DNA of 63,209 nt, filler included, from Bigelowiella natans CCMP2755 (Eukaryota > Protista > Cercozoa): NCBI GenBank assembly GCA_000320545.1. It is 5 parts of 5 records of this genome, joined end to end, with 100 filler letters (N's around TTAATTAATTAA, not from the genome) between each part and the next. Parts side by side here need not be neighbours in the genome. Positions count along the whole stretch, not along the records: positions 1 to 29,937 come from ADNK01000038.1; 4 more parts are not named here. One strand, given 5' to 3'. Numbering within the stretch: the first letter of the stretch is position 1; each line of letters starts with the position of its first letter. The notes under the pieces are model-generated. The model was not told the DNA's origin and did no database searches. It was given only the letters and a program-made list of their open reading frames with translations. Position numbers and translations under genes: made by a program. Positions 13,630 through 29,753 of the stretch are shown one piece after another.

Positions 13630-14760
13630 TGAGAGAGAGAAGGGGGGAGAGGGGGGGAGGTAATGGAGAAACTAGGCGAGTGATCATCGAGTTTCTAGAA
13701 TTAGTCTACATCCTACTTGAAGTTGTCAAAGTAGAAATTGCGGAGGTTACAAGCAGTTCATAGCGTGTGTATCCGCAGCTGTAGCGTGCAATCGGTGTGC
13801 TACGCAGTCTAGCAGTGCATGCTAAAATCCAGAGCGATTTTTATTACTACGTACATTACTGTGTCTGCCAGTATCCAAGTCAGCACATGCAGCACACTGC
13901 TACTACAACTAAAGCGACAGCAGAATTAATAAACAATTAAAGCGCATGTAGTGATGCAGGCGAGCAATCTAGCTATGTAGCTACAGCTTATAGCCAAGTT
14001 ATAATGACATTGACACACATGACTAGATAAGCAAATAAAGTATTGTGCTCCTGATTATCATCATTTTTATTCAATGCGCATGTATATGGCGATCATTATC
14101 CCGATGTAGCTCCTACAGTGTTGTAATGCGTATAGTCTCAGCACACACATGTTGGAATCTGGCGATATCCCTTAAGTTCGATGAAACAAGCAATAACAAG
14201 AAACAAACAGACACTGCAAGCTCGGTGCTGTTTAATCAGAAATGTGATATGGACCGCAGTTTTATAGGGCATCACCCGTTCAAAAATTTGGACAGGAGAA
14301 ACGAATCAAGGACAGCCTGCCGAAAGTACGACAGCCATTCCGAAAGGCAGCCGTCGTGTTGTTTTACGATGAAATCCCAGTCTCAGGAGACAGACCTTCG
14401 GACACCTTCGGACGCGTCGGACAGACTCATCATCTCCATTTGGATTTCCTAGGAAATCCTGAAATCTCGATAAATCCTATGTCGTTGGCGAAAAACATTT
14501 AGTGTTTTCTTCTTTTTTTCTTCGAAGCCGGCCTCCGTCACAGCTGGGAGTGCACCGTACAATCGTTTAAAAATCGCAGCGTCTTTCTTGTATGTCGCAC
14601 CCTAGAAATACATGCCGTTCGTTGCCAAAAACGATTTCACTCCAAGACGGTCTTATCCGGGGGTCTTCTTTCGGCCCACCTCCTCGCCCGGCCCTGTGCC
14701 TCATAACAAATAGTCACTGGCGTGATTTACGGAGAATAAGGCGCTCGAGGTGCAAAGTAG

Positions 14761-14862
14761 ATGGCTTCTGCCCACGATCCTTTTAATGGTAGCTTCAGGA
14801 AGACCTACTGTTTGTACATGTTTATGTGGTGTTGAGGACGATGCTGACGATGACGATGATGA

Positions 14863-14903
<41 letters not shown>

Positions 14904-17900
14904 AATAAGGAATGCTCTGCTGCAAGAAGAAAACATTATGGTCGATGAACATAAAGGAAATATAGAAATTGTGGGAAAGGCAATTATAGTCCACCCAAGT
15001 CAAGGACACATGTCGTGAGTGTAATCTTTCTCAGTGGAGGCAATCGACGATGCCATGGAGAAAATGGAGAAGGAGATCGTGGATTTAGAGGTACAGAAAC
15101 GAAGGAACATTCCAATTTTGATAGTTTGCTATCATCGCAGGCTGCTGCTTCTGAGCTAACCTTCTTCAACTTACATTGCAGGCAATAAGGAAGTCAAAAG
15201 CAAAGGCAACTGCGCAAATGGCGAAGAAGATTCAGGTCTAGAACGCTAAATACACAAGGAGTTACAGCAGAGAATACGCGTGTCCTTGACATTCTATGCA
15301 CTCAGATGTTACAATCTCGCTTCTTGGCACTCTCTGCGGAGGCTAAGCGCGAATATGAACAGGCAGAAGTAGAGAGGAAAAAGGTGGTGACACGCAGAAA
15401 GAAGAGACATGCGGTCCTAAAGAAGAAGGAGTGGAGTCACTGACACGATAACACACGCCTGGCAACAGCAGTTGTCGCTCATCGTAATCATCCTCATCCC
15501 CTCCTCATACTTGTGTGACATCCAGAATCGCAAATCAGATGGAGAGGATGAAGATAATATTGATGTGAGACTGGAAAGGATCGTTCGGGAAGTCATACCA
15601 AGCCTTCGAGAAGCCATAGGTGAGAAAGGCAGGTATAAGAACGACGGCGGCAGCAAGGGAGACGACGATGCCGTTGCTTCTGCGACCAAGAATCTTCCTA
15701 TTTCTCGCTTTCTGCAAGTTGCAGATGCGGCTTGTATAGCGCACAGCAGGGTCAATGCGGCGGATCTGGCCTCGCCCCGACAGAGGCAGATCTATTCTAT
15801 GTTCAAAACGTGGTTGAAGGAGGAGGTACTTGGCACGGGAGGAACACTGCAGGCAACATTTGAGAAAAGCTTCCAAGACTCCCTGGGCCTCATCAAGTGG
15901 TCTCAGTCTGGTACTTCAATGATTGAGGAAGACTGTATTCTTCGTCTGTATCTCCAACTTTACACCATTATTGCCATCCCCCCCTCCCCTCCCCCCCTCT
16001 CCATTGCTATCCTCAGATTTCAAAAAGTCGCTCGATCATCACGAGATCCCAAGCAAGCACATTGTGGATTTCTCCTCTTTGCTGGATGCTCTCGTCACGT
16101 GTGCAGTTCTTGCTCGCTTGTACCTCCCGGGAAATACTGAACTGAAGGGGAAGGAGGAGAAGAGGGGAGGAGGAGAAGGAGGGATTTTAGATATACCTGG
16201 CGACATTCTTGCAGCGCCTATCATATCAAGATTCAAATTCCACTTCCTTGGCACGAGAGAGACAGCGCGGATGGATAAACCCGAATGGGCTGTAAACTGG
16301 GTGAGAAATAGCAATATAGTAGCAAGTTGTTGTTGTTGTTGTCGTTGTTGCTGCAAGTTTGGTTCGATGAGTAGGACCAGCAGTAGTAGTTATCGTCGCT
16401 TCTATCATCATCGTGCAAAGAAGTAAAGAAAGAAGGGAGGAGAAAACACAGAGGATTGATATTTAAATGCCGAAGTCTCGTGCAAGAGAGACGATCAGGA
16501 AATAATGACGTGGCTCCTTCTTCTCGTATTCACTCATTCCTCCGCTGCTTTGCTGTCCTCGCTCCTTCCCACCCCCTGACCCCTTCTCATTATCTCTAAT
16601 CAGGCTATTCTCACGCTAGAACAGCATCTCCACTTCACCCGGCAGAGAGGCGACACCGCCATCCTACGAGCGATCAAGCGTGCTCAAGCGCATCATAGTA
16701 ATCGGCGTCGTCCAGAGTTTGGGGCTGGAAAAGGAAGGCTTGCCTCATTGTCTACGCTCTCCCTTTCCGCGCGCATTACTGCGCGATTCATACAGTTCGT
16801 GGTAGCTGAAAAGCTCTTGAAGGATCTGAGGGCCGCGGGGGAGGAAAACCCCTCTCTCTTTCGGCATATCCTCGACCACATCTTCGTCTTGGACTCGAAG
16901 TTGCGCCGACAAATTTTGAGAAAGAACGAAGCGGATATCGTCATAAGAGAAGCGCTTTGGGATCTGCTTATTGGCGGTGGTGGTGAGGATGGTGGGGAGA
17001 GCGATGAGGCCAAAGGAACGCAAGGAGGAAGAGGAGGGAGAGGGGGGGAGAGGGGGAAGGACATTCTCTCCATGTGGCTGAGCGTTGAGAAGAAATTTGC
17101 TAATGAGGAATTGGAGGTGAGAAACTTCACTCACTACATCACACGACTGCTGCTTCTCCCTCAACTTCGATCTGGGAAGCAACCTCGAATTTACCGCAAT
17201 AGATCACACGCGAATAAAAACTTCTGAATTGTGGGGAGCAAAAGGGGACGGGGAGGGGGGGGGGGAGTGGCACAGCTGATATTCTTCTCCCTATCCCCAT
17301 CATCAGACTATTCGATCGACCGAGCGGCCCTGGAAGGTGGCCGAATTCAAAGGTACCTGAGCATCTTTTGTGATGACGAGAAGACCATGCAGACTGCCCA
17401 GACTCCTCTCAACTCTTCTTGCCTTTTTGCTTTTTGCAGATTCAAAGGGGAGGAGCGATTGCATGGTGATGCTAGTGACGTTGGTCGAGGAGTTTCAAAG
17501 AAGGTTCCACCGCATCCCTTCGCTCCTTCACCGTTTCAGCTTTTCGGAGGAATTGGAGCGTCCTCTTGTGGGCCTCATCGTAGCGTTCTCTCGAGATTCC
17601 CTGCGAGGTCATCATCACAGGGGGGAGGGGAAGGGGGGGGGGGGGGGAGACCGTTTCGCGGAGGGAGTGATGAAGGAGAGCAATATGAGGAAGAAGAAGA
17701 GGATGATGATGATATGGAGACAGCGTACAAATACGATATGTACCATCCTTTCTCCATCATTGACCCCTTCGGCAGCCTCATATGCTCATAGTGTAGGCCC
17801 ATTCGTGCTGTCGGCGGCATGTTATATTGTAATTCTTCGGTCAGGCCTACTAAAGCGTGCCGAAAAGGCGTCGATGATGAAGATGGGCAGTCACGGAGAA

Positions 17901-18438
17901 GGAAGAGGAGGGGCTAGTGATGCTTGGGCGGATCTAGCAGCGTAATAAAGAAGCAAAGAAAGAGCAACATCAACCGCCACTTTTAACAACAACAACAACA
18001 ACAGCAACAATAGCAACAACAGCAACAATAGCAACAACTCATAGAGAAGAATGGAACACAAGGACAACGACAACGACAACGACGACGACAACGACAAACA
18101 CGCAAAGGTGTCAATATTGTAATCAGTTCCATTTCTCTTCGTCTATCTCGCAGGTACGTGGTCTCCCTGCAGTTTCTCGAAACGAAGCTTCAGTTCTGGA
18201 GCGGGAGCAGCACGTATCTAAAGCTGGCTAATTTGATGGAAGAGAAGAAGAAAAATACAAAGCAGACGATGACAACGACCTCTCCTTCTAAAACGAGCAA
18301 TGCAATCGCGAACAACCAGGAGGATAGTAAGGATCTTCCATCAACGTCAGTTTTGAGACAATAAAAAGCGGAAAGATTGTAGTTCCGTCAGCGCGTCGTT
18401 TATCATAGATCACCATCAACATCATCATCTTCATTGCT

Positions 18439-18470
<32 letters not shown>

Positions 18471-19598
18471 ATCATTCACCAGGGGCAGTGATAGCAGTAG
18501 TAGAGGGTTTTGGGAACCGGAAGAGGAGAAAGTGGCCGTGGCGCTCCGTGAGGGACTGAAGGGCCTTTCTGAGCTCATGACGATATGCGTTGTGCGTGAT
18601 CTCGGAAAGTGGAGGGTAATATGATTACTTCACCCCAAAACATCTAGACATATGCGACGTATCCACAATTCGGTGTGCCCCCCTCCTCATCCCCTCCATC
18701 CATAATATCACGTCCCGCGCCTCTTGGTATTGAATAGGAGTGCGGTCATGGGGAGGGCCCTGACAAGACTGTGCTGTCGCACCCTTCCTTCTTCCTCGCA
18801 GTAAGGAGATTATTAGTATATTGAGGACAGTTACATCATTCCGATTGCGAACAAATACAACAGCAACACCAGCAACTGTTACTGCCACTGTGCGCTATCC
18901 CCGGCACCGCCTGATCATTCATCTTCAACCTGTGCAGGTGGAGTCGTTGAGGTCCCGTTCAGTTGTCGTGAAACACCACCTGATAGGACACCGTCTTTGG
19001 GATTCTTGTCTGTCGTACGTCGTGCTACAGCTGGATGAGTTCTTCGTTAAATATGCGGTAGTATGTTCGGGTTTGATTGTTGTCAGTCAGCGAATACACC
19101 TTTTATGATTTTGTGCTGTGACGCGGCTGAGGACATAGACAATTGCGGTTTCCCCATGCATCCACACATCGTGACGCACACCACCATAGACGACGATGAC
19201 GTGTCCTATCAATCACTGAAGATCAACGATGTACGATGTGATGATGTTTCCACTTCCTACACGTGCAGGTGCAGGCCAACTTCAGTGCCAAGGGACTAGA
19301 GAGATTCGAAGCTGAAACGCGTGCTGTGGTAGCTGCGCTCGCAGGTACTATCGGCGACGAGGCAGCTGCCGCATTGGACGCGTCGTTTAAGAAACCGAAC
19401 CAAACCACCCTGCCGAGGACGTTCTCCGCACTCGAGCTCTGGAAGCTCCCAAGGCAAGAAGTCATCAAGATGCGTTCCCAGCTTCACGACTCGGGCATGA
19501 GTGCAGACCAGAGGCGACTGGTGCTCCGAACTGCAACATTCGCTCTCTCACAGGGGCTGAGGCCTGGCGATTTCCAAGAAACGCCTGGAACGTCGTAG
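14761..19598 (+). CDS. RINT1: RINT1/TIP20-family protein (Dsl1/NRZ tethering complex), multi-exon; both ends approximate
   Basis: PIISRFKFHFLGTRETARMDKPEWAVNW is the RINT-1/TIP20 signature (RFxYHFxxxxxTxxxDKPEW). Also LFRHILDHIFVLDSKL and QANFSAKGLERFEAE. Start codon not certain. Confidence 0.8.
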
Positions 19599-19982
19599 TA
19601 GCAGGGATTGAGGATGGCAAAATCAAGTCAAAAGGCTGTGCTGTGATACGTATCATATGAAGACAGAAAAGTCTGCGAGCAGCCAGAATGGTCAAACCCA
19701 TTTTACATCTCTTATATCAATTAAGTGTACATATTTTATATAAAAATTCATTTATTTATTTATACGAATGTGCGCGCGCGTGTGTCCAGCATTGCACATG
19801 CTAGCATGTATACGTATAGCCGTGCGCTGCATGCATGGAGAACATACCGATACCGCTGCATACATTAAAACGTACATAGCATAAACTGCATAGTGCAGCC
19901 GTATATACAGCGTGGGTCGCGTATATAGCGTACGGCTATGCATATGCACACTAGTACACATATATTGCTGTAGCCGCCGCTC

Positions 19983-20044
19983 TGCACAGCTACATAAGGA
20001 TGACTATTGAAAATATGTAATCATTTCATTACATCCGTATCATA
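19983..20044 (+). repeat. Dispersed intergenic motif, copy 1 (TGCACAGCTACATAAGGATGACTATT..CATTTCATTACATCCGT)
   Basis: Matches copies at 37013-37076, 28888-28952 (degenerate) and 49990-50012 (reverse strand). Confidence 0.75.
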
Positions 20045-20210
20045 TTCTGCAAGCAGCAGGTTGGATTCGAATGTCCACGCTGCAGTGCATAGCTCGATAA
20101 TGCTGCTCGCGTATTGTAGTCAGTCCTGTTCAACTTTGTACATGCATGCGTCCTTAAACGTCTTCGACTCTACTCCCACTGTCAAATAGGGTAGCTAGCC
20201 ACTCGGTGCC

Positions 20211-21496
20211 TCAGCCTTCCAACTCGGCTATTTTTCCATTGTAGTTCCTTCTGACAAGCTCAATTGCGAGCGCATAATTCTTCGCTACCTTATCCACATT
20301 CTCCCGACTCTCCTCATACCTGATTTTTCGAAACGCATCGATCCTCACAGTGATAGGACGAGGAGCAAAAGTACTATGTAACTACTGCCATTTGACCGAT
20401 CATCAAAAGGGGGGGCGATATTAAGAAGGATTATGAGTCATTTATCGACATCTAATCAATTCCCTACAGTTTCTCCATTTCCTTCAGCTTCTCAAATATC
20501 CTGGCCAATGAGGAACAAAACCATCCAGTATTAGTGCTGAAGATAGAGAAGGAGGAGTAGAAGAAGAAAGGGGAGGCAATCTGGCAAGTAGGCGTTCGGA
20601 TAATACCGTTTTTGTGCCTCAACGCACATTTTCAGCTCCATTTCACGTTCTCCGGCAATTTCTAAGATCCTACGATTAGTACCAAGACACCATATCAACT
20701 AGTCAGTCGTCGTTCTCCCTTTTCGGAGATATATCATCTTTTCACACTCATGTAGGTATAACTTTCGATCCATTTCCATCCGAATCTCAATTTTCCTCCG
20801 CTCCAGTTCCGCACGCTCCACGACCCCATATTTATGCTGCGACTCCCCTGCCGTCTCTGCCTTGTCCGCCGTCGTGTGCAGCTCACTTCTCGGTTCATAC
20901 CTCTCAACTCTAGGTTCGACAACTTTTCCTGAAGGTATGGCGAGATGAGCATGCAGTAAGACTACTTAAGTCTACGAAGAAGCAGACGAATGAGGGTTTC
21001 AATTTACCAGTTTTGACGGCATTCTTCGTCCTTCCTTCGGCATCTAAGGGCTGTGCGATGTTTTCTGTACGCTCCGTAGCATCGTCGATATGATCAATCG
21101 AAATTTCCTGCCTCAGTCTCTCCATCACTCTGCGCGCCTGTGTGTAGTGATTGTGGGTATTTCTGCGCTTTTCTAGAGTGGAACTTCATTCATCATCGAC
21201 ACCTGTATATTTATACTATTCGACAGCTCTTCTTCATGATGCGGTGGATCTTCAACGGAGCTGTGATTTTTGCCATTGTCTCCTCCTCCTCCTCCTTTCT
21301 CCCTCGACTCAGTCTTCCTTTCATTTGTTGACCTGCTGCCTCCTTTCTCGACTACCTGATTTTGCTGCTGCTGCCGCTGCCGATCGCCATGGTTTAGATT
21401 TTGGGTTGCTTTAAGCCTGGAGATTCTTCTTCTATTATTAGCAAGTTGTAACTTTGTTTTCTTGGACACAGTCGTGGATGGGAGTCGTACAACCAA
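20211..21496 (-). CDS. Hypothetical coiled-coil protein, multi-exon; 5' end uncertain (may extend to ~22300)
   Basis: GT-AG-bounded exons translate to MERLRQEISIDHIDDATER.., ESQHKYGVVERAELERRKIEIRMEMDRK, ILEIAGEREMELKMCVEAQKR, IFEKLKEMEKL and IDAFRKIRYEESRENVDKVAKNYALAIELVRRNYNGKIAELEG* (TGA at 20213-20211). Confidence 0.55.
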
Positions 21497-22728
21497 TCTG
21501 CTACAGTTATTCTATTCTTAGGATGGCACTCTAAGCCTAAACAACAAATGCTACCTCCCCGATGTGCCTTCATCCTTGCCCCGTTTGGATTTTGCTTCAA
21601 AATATATGGCTAGTCAGAACGTTCCGGAAGTTATCTCTCGGTGTTCTTCGGCGACAAGAAGATAGATTACAGGCCGACCTGCTGCCGTGTTGCTTTTCGA
21701 ATTCTTAACCCCCTTTCCCGTGACATCCATTGCAAGCCCGGAGCGATTACTCCTAAGGTTCTGCCACACACATTGCAATACCACGCCTTAAAAGGTGGTA
21801 GGACGGAAGCGGGTTCTTTGTGTGTTTTAGGGTGTGACCTTGAAATCGGCCACGGCGGATCCCCATGGGTTAGAACGATTCCCCTTTGAAGGACGAGGCA
21901 TGGTCGCTTTCAATCCACCAATGGCTTCTCAAGCCTGTGAGTCTGCTTTACCCCCCTTTGGTCAGGCTCCAACCCGACCACCATGATGACGAGGATAGGT
22001 TTTGGAGGTCGGGGGAACCAAGAGAAATGGCCAAAAAGGAAAAGCTGCCGAAAAGTTCCATTTTTCATCGAGATAACATCTTGAATCGACTCTCAATAAG
22101 TCGCGCCCATCCAAGAGAAAAGCATGGGAAATCAGAGATGGTGGTGCATTGGTCAACATCCCTGCTAGGATATTTCCAGGGTTAGATCCTGCCTCAAGCA
22201 TTTCCTCGATGACGTCCATCAAAAACATTCTGAAGTCGCAGGATAGAAATGGCCTTGGTGACTCTCAACTTGGTCGCCACCGCGAATTAGCCTATAAACT
22301 GATGTATACGTCATCAAACTTAACCTCCTTCAGTTAATCAGCCTCGTATCCCCACCTCGAATCGCACTTGCCCAATATCAGAATTGCAAATTTTCTGAAT
22401 CCTGTATGGATTCTATCATGTGCTGAATTATTATTGTGCGACTTCGAATTTTTTACATTATCCGTTAAATTCGTAGAGAACGTACAGAACTATCCTTGAT
22501 GATGTGAGCTGAAACTAACCAGGTGGCGTCACCACCGAACTCAAAATTCCCGTCACCGACATCACCCCCCTCTTGTAAGCAAATAGCACACTGGTGGATA
22601 AACAGCGCGCATGATCAGATCGTCCTGACAACCTTATCCCCTAACCTTGATATCGCATGCCATGCCCACGTAGCACTGGGAGACCCCAAGGTTGACTTTG
22701 TTTGCTTGTTTTCTCAGAAGAGGAAGTC

Positions 22729-25393
<2,665 letters not shown>

Positions 25394-26175
25394 GAAGTAA
25401 TTAGTAATTAGGATTCCTAGTGATGCGCAGACTTCACAGTGCCCAGCTCTAGAGCTTGTTGGTGCGTTGATTTATTCCATTTGTAGCTAATGTTCCAATT
25501 GTTTAAGATGATATACCAAAATGTTCTCCCTACAGTCCATTAGCATGTAAATTACTTCGCAAATTACTTTGCATTTTAATGTAGCATACGGCTGTGGTGT
25601 CATTATTCCATAAGCAATATCAACGTGCGTGCCTTGATGCCGATGCGTTGTTACTGAGCCGCCACGCTACCGTCACACTACCAACCACTTAGGTATATCC
25701 ATTGTGTTTCATCATTGATGGGCACGCATATGCACACAACACGAAAACACGCAGATTGCAGCTGCGACACGCACGAGCATCATCATGTGGATTGCTTTCG
25801 GTTCGATCGATGTGCATGCACGCTAGCACGCGCTAGCGCGATCTAGCGATGCGATGCAACAATTTTTGATCTAAACGCACTCGTAACTTTGTCGTTGGCT
25901 CATCATGCATTGCGAGGGTCGGCCATGGAGCAAGCGTGCAAGAACGCACGTGCAAGGACAAATCATGCCAACCCCATCTAGACACATCTGTCATTGATGT
26001 TTTCTGTCGTTTTGCACCAGCGGAGATGCGCACATGCTAGCATGCTCACAGGAGGGAATGTAGAAGCGACGCTTGAGCTGCATGAATTGCATGCTGATCC
26101 CGCACAGCAAGAACCGACCCGGCCTGTCTGCCTGTTCCCTGCTCAGCGTGGTACACTAGCTTAACAATGTGAAAA

Positions 26176-27040
26176 TGACGCCGAAAGTCAGTTGCCGCAG
26201 GTCATTCATAGGCAATAGTCTAATTTGCTGCTGTTCTGCCGTTACTCTAGCCCATTCTTCAGTGCGTATCTCCTTCTCGTTAATCCCGTTTCCGTTTTTC
26301 AGGTTTTGCTTTTTTTTGTGTTGTCGTACGGCATATTTCGTGCATATTTGCTCGTAAAAAGAGACGGGAGAGCACCGGCGCCAGAAACGATGATGGGGGC
26401 CATCTGCACTTGCTAGGAGGCAGCGGCTACTCGCTTGTAGAAGAGAGACGGAAAGGATCGCATTGGCCGCGGAGAGATGGCTCTTTCAAACTTCCTACTG
26501 GTCGGAGCGTTGATTCTGTGGACTACAGTCTCGGTCTCAGTTCATTTGCTCAGGCTTCTAAATGTTCGTTCCTAATCTGTGACAACACACGAACACCGCC
26601 ATGGTGTCGTCAACCCTGAACCTTATGTATTTAAATAAAAAATATACATATATACATGGACAGGTTTGGGGATTCATTGCGGGTGTCAGCTGCTCGAGTA
26701 GGCAGATCCTGCATTGCAGACCATTTCAGATTATTGAATATTTTTCAACTTCTTTCTCAGCTATCTTCTACTGCCTAATTCTCTGCACCGTCACCGCATA
26801 CACAAAGACGTCTCTTGGAGACCCCGGATATGGTACAGGGCAACAAATCGCTCAATTGTACATAATATGGTTGTAGCCGCCACGTTGAATCATGGTCAAC
26901 GTCCCTGTATTATTATTAGTAGTAGGAGAAACTGTCCTGGGGAGAAAGCAGCAGGTATCAATCGATCATATTGCTCTGTCAGCGGATATGTGATGAAAGA
27001 GTCAATCCCGAATACTTTGCAGCAAGTTTGCGACATCTAG

Positions 27041-27084
<44 letters not shown>

Positions 27085-27264
27085 TCAGTCTCATTTGGCC
27101 CATTTTCCTTCCGAAAGCAGCAGCAGTTCATCATACGTCATTGTTTCAGAGGTGTTCGAAATGTGGCAACGGCAAGCCCGAACGAGCCCATCACTGCAGT
27201 ATATGTAATCGGTAAAAGAGACCGAGAGGGAAGGGGGGGAGGAAGAGATTCATCCATATGCACG

Positions 27265-27316
<52 letters not shown>

Positions 27317-28228
27317 ATATAAATTTCTCTTTCTTACTTGTAAATTTCAATGGAATAAACTACCAATCAGATGTGTATTGAAGATGGACCATCACTGTCC
27401 CTGGGTCGACAACTGTGTCGGGTGCGGCATATACGGGAGAGAAGAGAGCGCAAATGACAAAAGCAACAACCCTCTGTCAGGAAAATAGGATAATGGTTTC
27501 TTGAATCTCTCTTGCTCTGACTAGGTTTCGCAATTACAAGTTCTTCATGCTGTTTTTGTGCTACGCTTCGGCGGCGTCAATTCTGGGCATGGTAAGTGAA
27601 ACATAGAAAATACCAGCAAATTACGCGCGCATAACATATCGCTCAACCTCGTCACGTTAGTCACAAATTATAGGTAATCTTGGCTACAGTTGTCGATGCT
27701 AGAGACGAATTAGCATTGAGCTCTTGGGAAAAATCGGTAGAAGCGGTGGCTGCATGCTCTTTGGCCTTTTTTCTTGCGAGCACACTAGCGCACGGATTGG
27801 GCATGGTCAACATGCTTCAGCGATGTTGTAGATGCCAATACGCTTACACACAGTCCTTGCTACGTGCACTTTTGCTGCGTGCAGATCGTTGCGAATATGG
27901 TGTTCCTTGGGATCGGAGTCTTATTCTCCGGTTGCATGTGCCTCAGCCATATTGGCTATGTGTGCAACAACCAAACCACCTTGGAAGTTATGAAGAAAGT
28001 CTCTCCATCGACGTAAGATAGAGTCAGAATTGCTGTCGTCTTAGCTTTTGTCAGCAAGGCTCTGTTGTTCCATGTTCATTCAGGTATGATCAGGGCATCA
28101 TAGAGAATCTTCGCAGCGTACTTGGGGATTCTGCATTCTGCTGGTTTATACCTTGCGTCTGGGGAGTCACTCGCTACGATGGTATGAGCTGGGATGGCCC
28201 TGTAGAGGTTGCGAACAGCTCTGTTTAA
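26176..28228 (+). CDS. DHHC (zDHHC) protein S-palmitoyltransferase, multi-exon; start approximate
   Basis: RCSKCGNGKPERAHHCSICNR|CVLKMDHHCPWVDNCVG|FRNYKFFMLFLCY, the NNQTTLE motif, and terminal YDQGIIENLRSVLGDSAFCWFIP..V* (TAA 28226-28228). Confidence 0.92.
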
Positions 28229-28887
28229 TGCATAGAGCTAAAGTGTTATTGGAATAGGTATAGAGATTATAACCTTGCTGTGATTCACCCCCCCCCCCCC
28301 CATCCACGCACACACATATGTATAGCATCAGCCATTAGTCATATTGTATGTCTAATTGTTTATTGCACAATCTAGAACTTGTTCGACGATATATTACATA
28401 CAAATTATATATTACTAGAATATTATTTCTGAACGACTTGCGACAACGCACAACATAAGCTTAAATGCAGCGCCTGCCTCACTACTGCACACGACATTAT
28501 GCAAGCCACAAGTTGTTAATGCAATAATGATATGTTTCTATAGCACGCACTGCTAGTAGCGCATTATATAGTTTACTAGTACTTGTTAGTCCAAGGCTAT
28601 GTTCCACTGCTACTGCTATATACGAAGGTTCAAAAGCCTTCGCAACCTCCCAGAGACTTAAACCTATAGCCCATACTTCGCATTATTACGTTGTGCAGCA
28701 GCTAACAGCACGCTATGCATACATGTTGCTATTGGGCACATCGGCGATATAATATGTCTAGATGTGCTAAGCATCGTATACCGCGCTGCGTATAGGATGT
28801 CGCCGCTATTAGATGTGTATACATTGTCGCACGAAGCTACGTAGACACAGCTAGACAGCGTGTGATGGATGTGTATAATGTACAAGC

Positions 28888-28952
28888 TGCATAGTTATTA
28901 CATTGGGATGACCATTGAGATAATTGAACTTATGTTATTCATTGCCACCCGT
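28888..28952 (+). repeat. Dispersed intergenic motif, degenerate copy
   Basis: TGCATAG..TACATTGGGATGACCATTGA..TTCATTGCCACCCGT. Confidence 0.55.
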
Positions 28953-29154
28953 TTCTCTTAATGTACAAGCTAGTGCATGCGCACCACACGCTCATGCGGA
29001 CAACAACATTATTTCAGGCTTGCTTCCGCAACCAAACTAGATACCATCGACGTGCTGCTCTCCCGCAATTGCTGCATCTAGTCAGCCGTTGTTGTGGGTC
29101 AAGAAGTACAGCTAAAAACTAAGAATAAGAAATCATAATGCCGTCTCCGTTTTA

Positions 29155-29536
29155 TTATTTTGGCTTGCCCACGGCAGGACTGGTCACGAAGCCATGTGCA
29201 ACATCATGGCTGTTTTTGACGAGCATATCGAGCTTCCGACGGAACGCACTGGACACCTGGAAAATATGCAAGTCGGATCACGACACCAATTCGCAAATCA
29301 AAAAAGACTTGCTCGTTACCCTGACTTTACTTATGGCAGCAAACAGCTGCTTAATCTCGAGCTTCTGCGGTTCTGTCGCCAAGAGCTTCAGAACCTTTCC
29401 GAACGGCGCTTCTAATATTCTGGCGAAACACAAATTCGATTCGGTCAAACATGCCTACTTGCAGGCTCATTCTACATTGCGATGCCAATTCAGCACTTTT
29501 AACTTCGGTAAGAATCCCTCATCATCATGTCATACA

Positions 29537-29591
<55 letters not shown>

Positions 29592-29717
29592 GCATACAAA
29601 TGATATGCACATGAATAAACGTGCTGCTACAAACAACTTCTGCTTGAGCAAAGACATGATAGCGACCGCCGTCTTGTATATCACAATCTCCCCTGCATCC
29701 ATGACAAACAGACAAGT

Positions 29718-29753
<36 letters not shown>

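Noticed and set aside
19995-20038. SECIS, box C/D snoRNA or hammerhead reading of the dispersed motif
   Set aside because: There is no correctly placed GA quartet partner, no CTGA box D and no CTGATGA/GAAA core.
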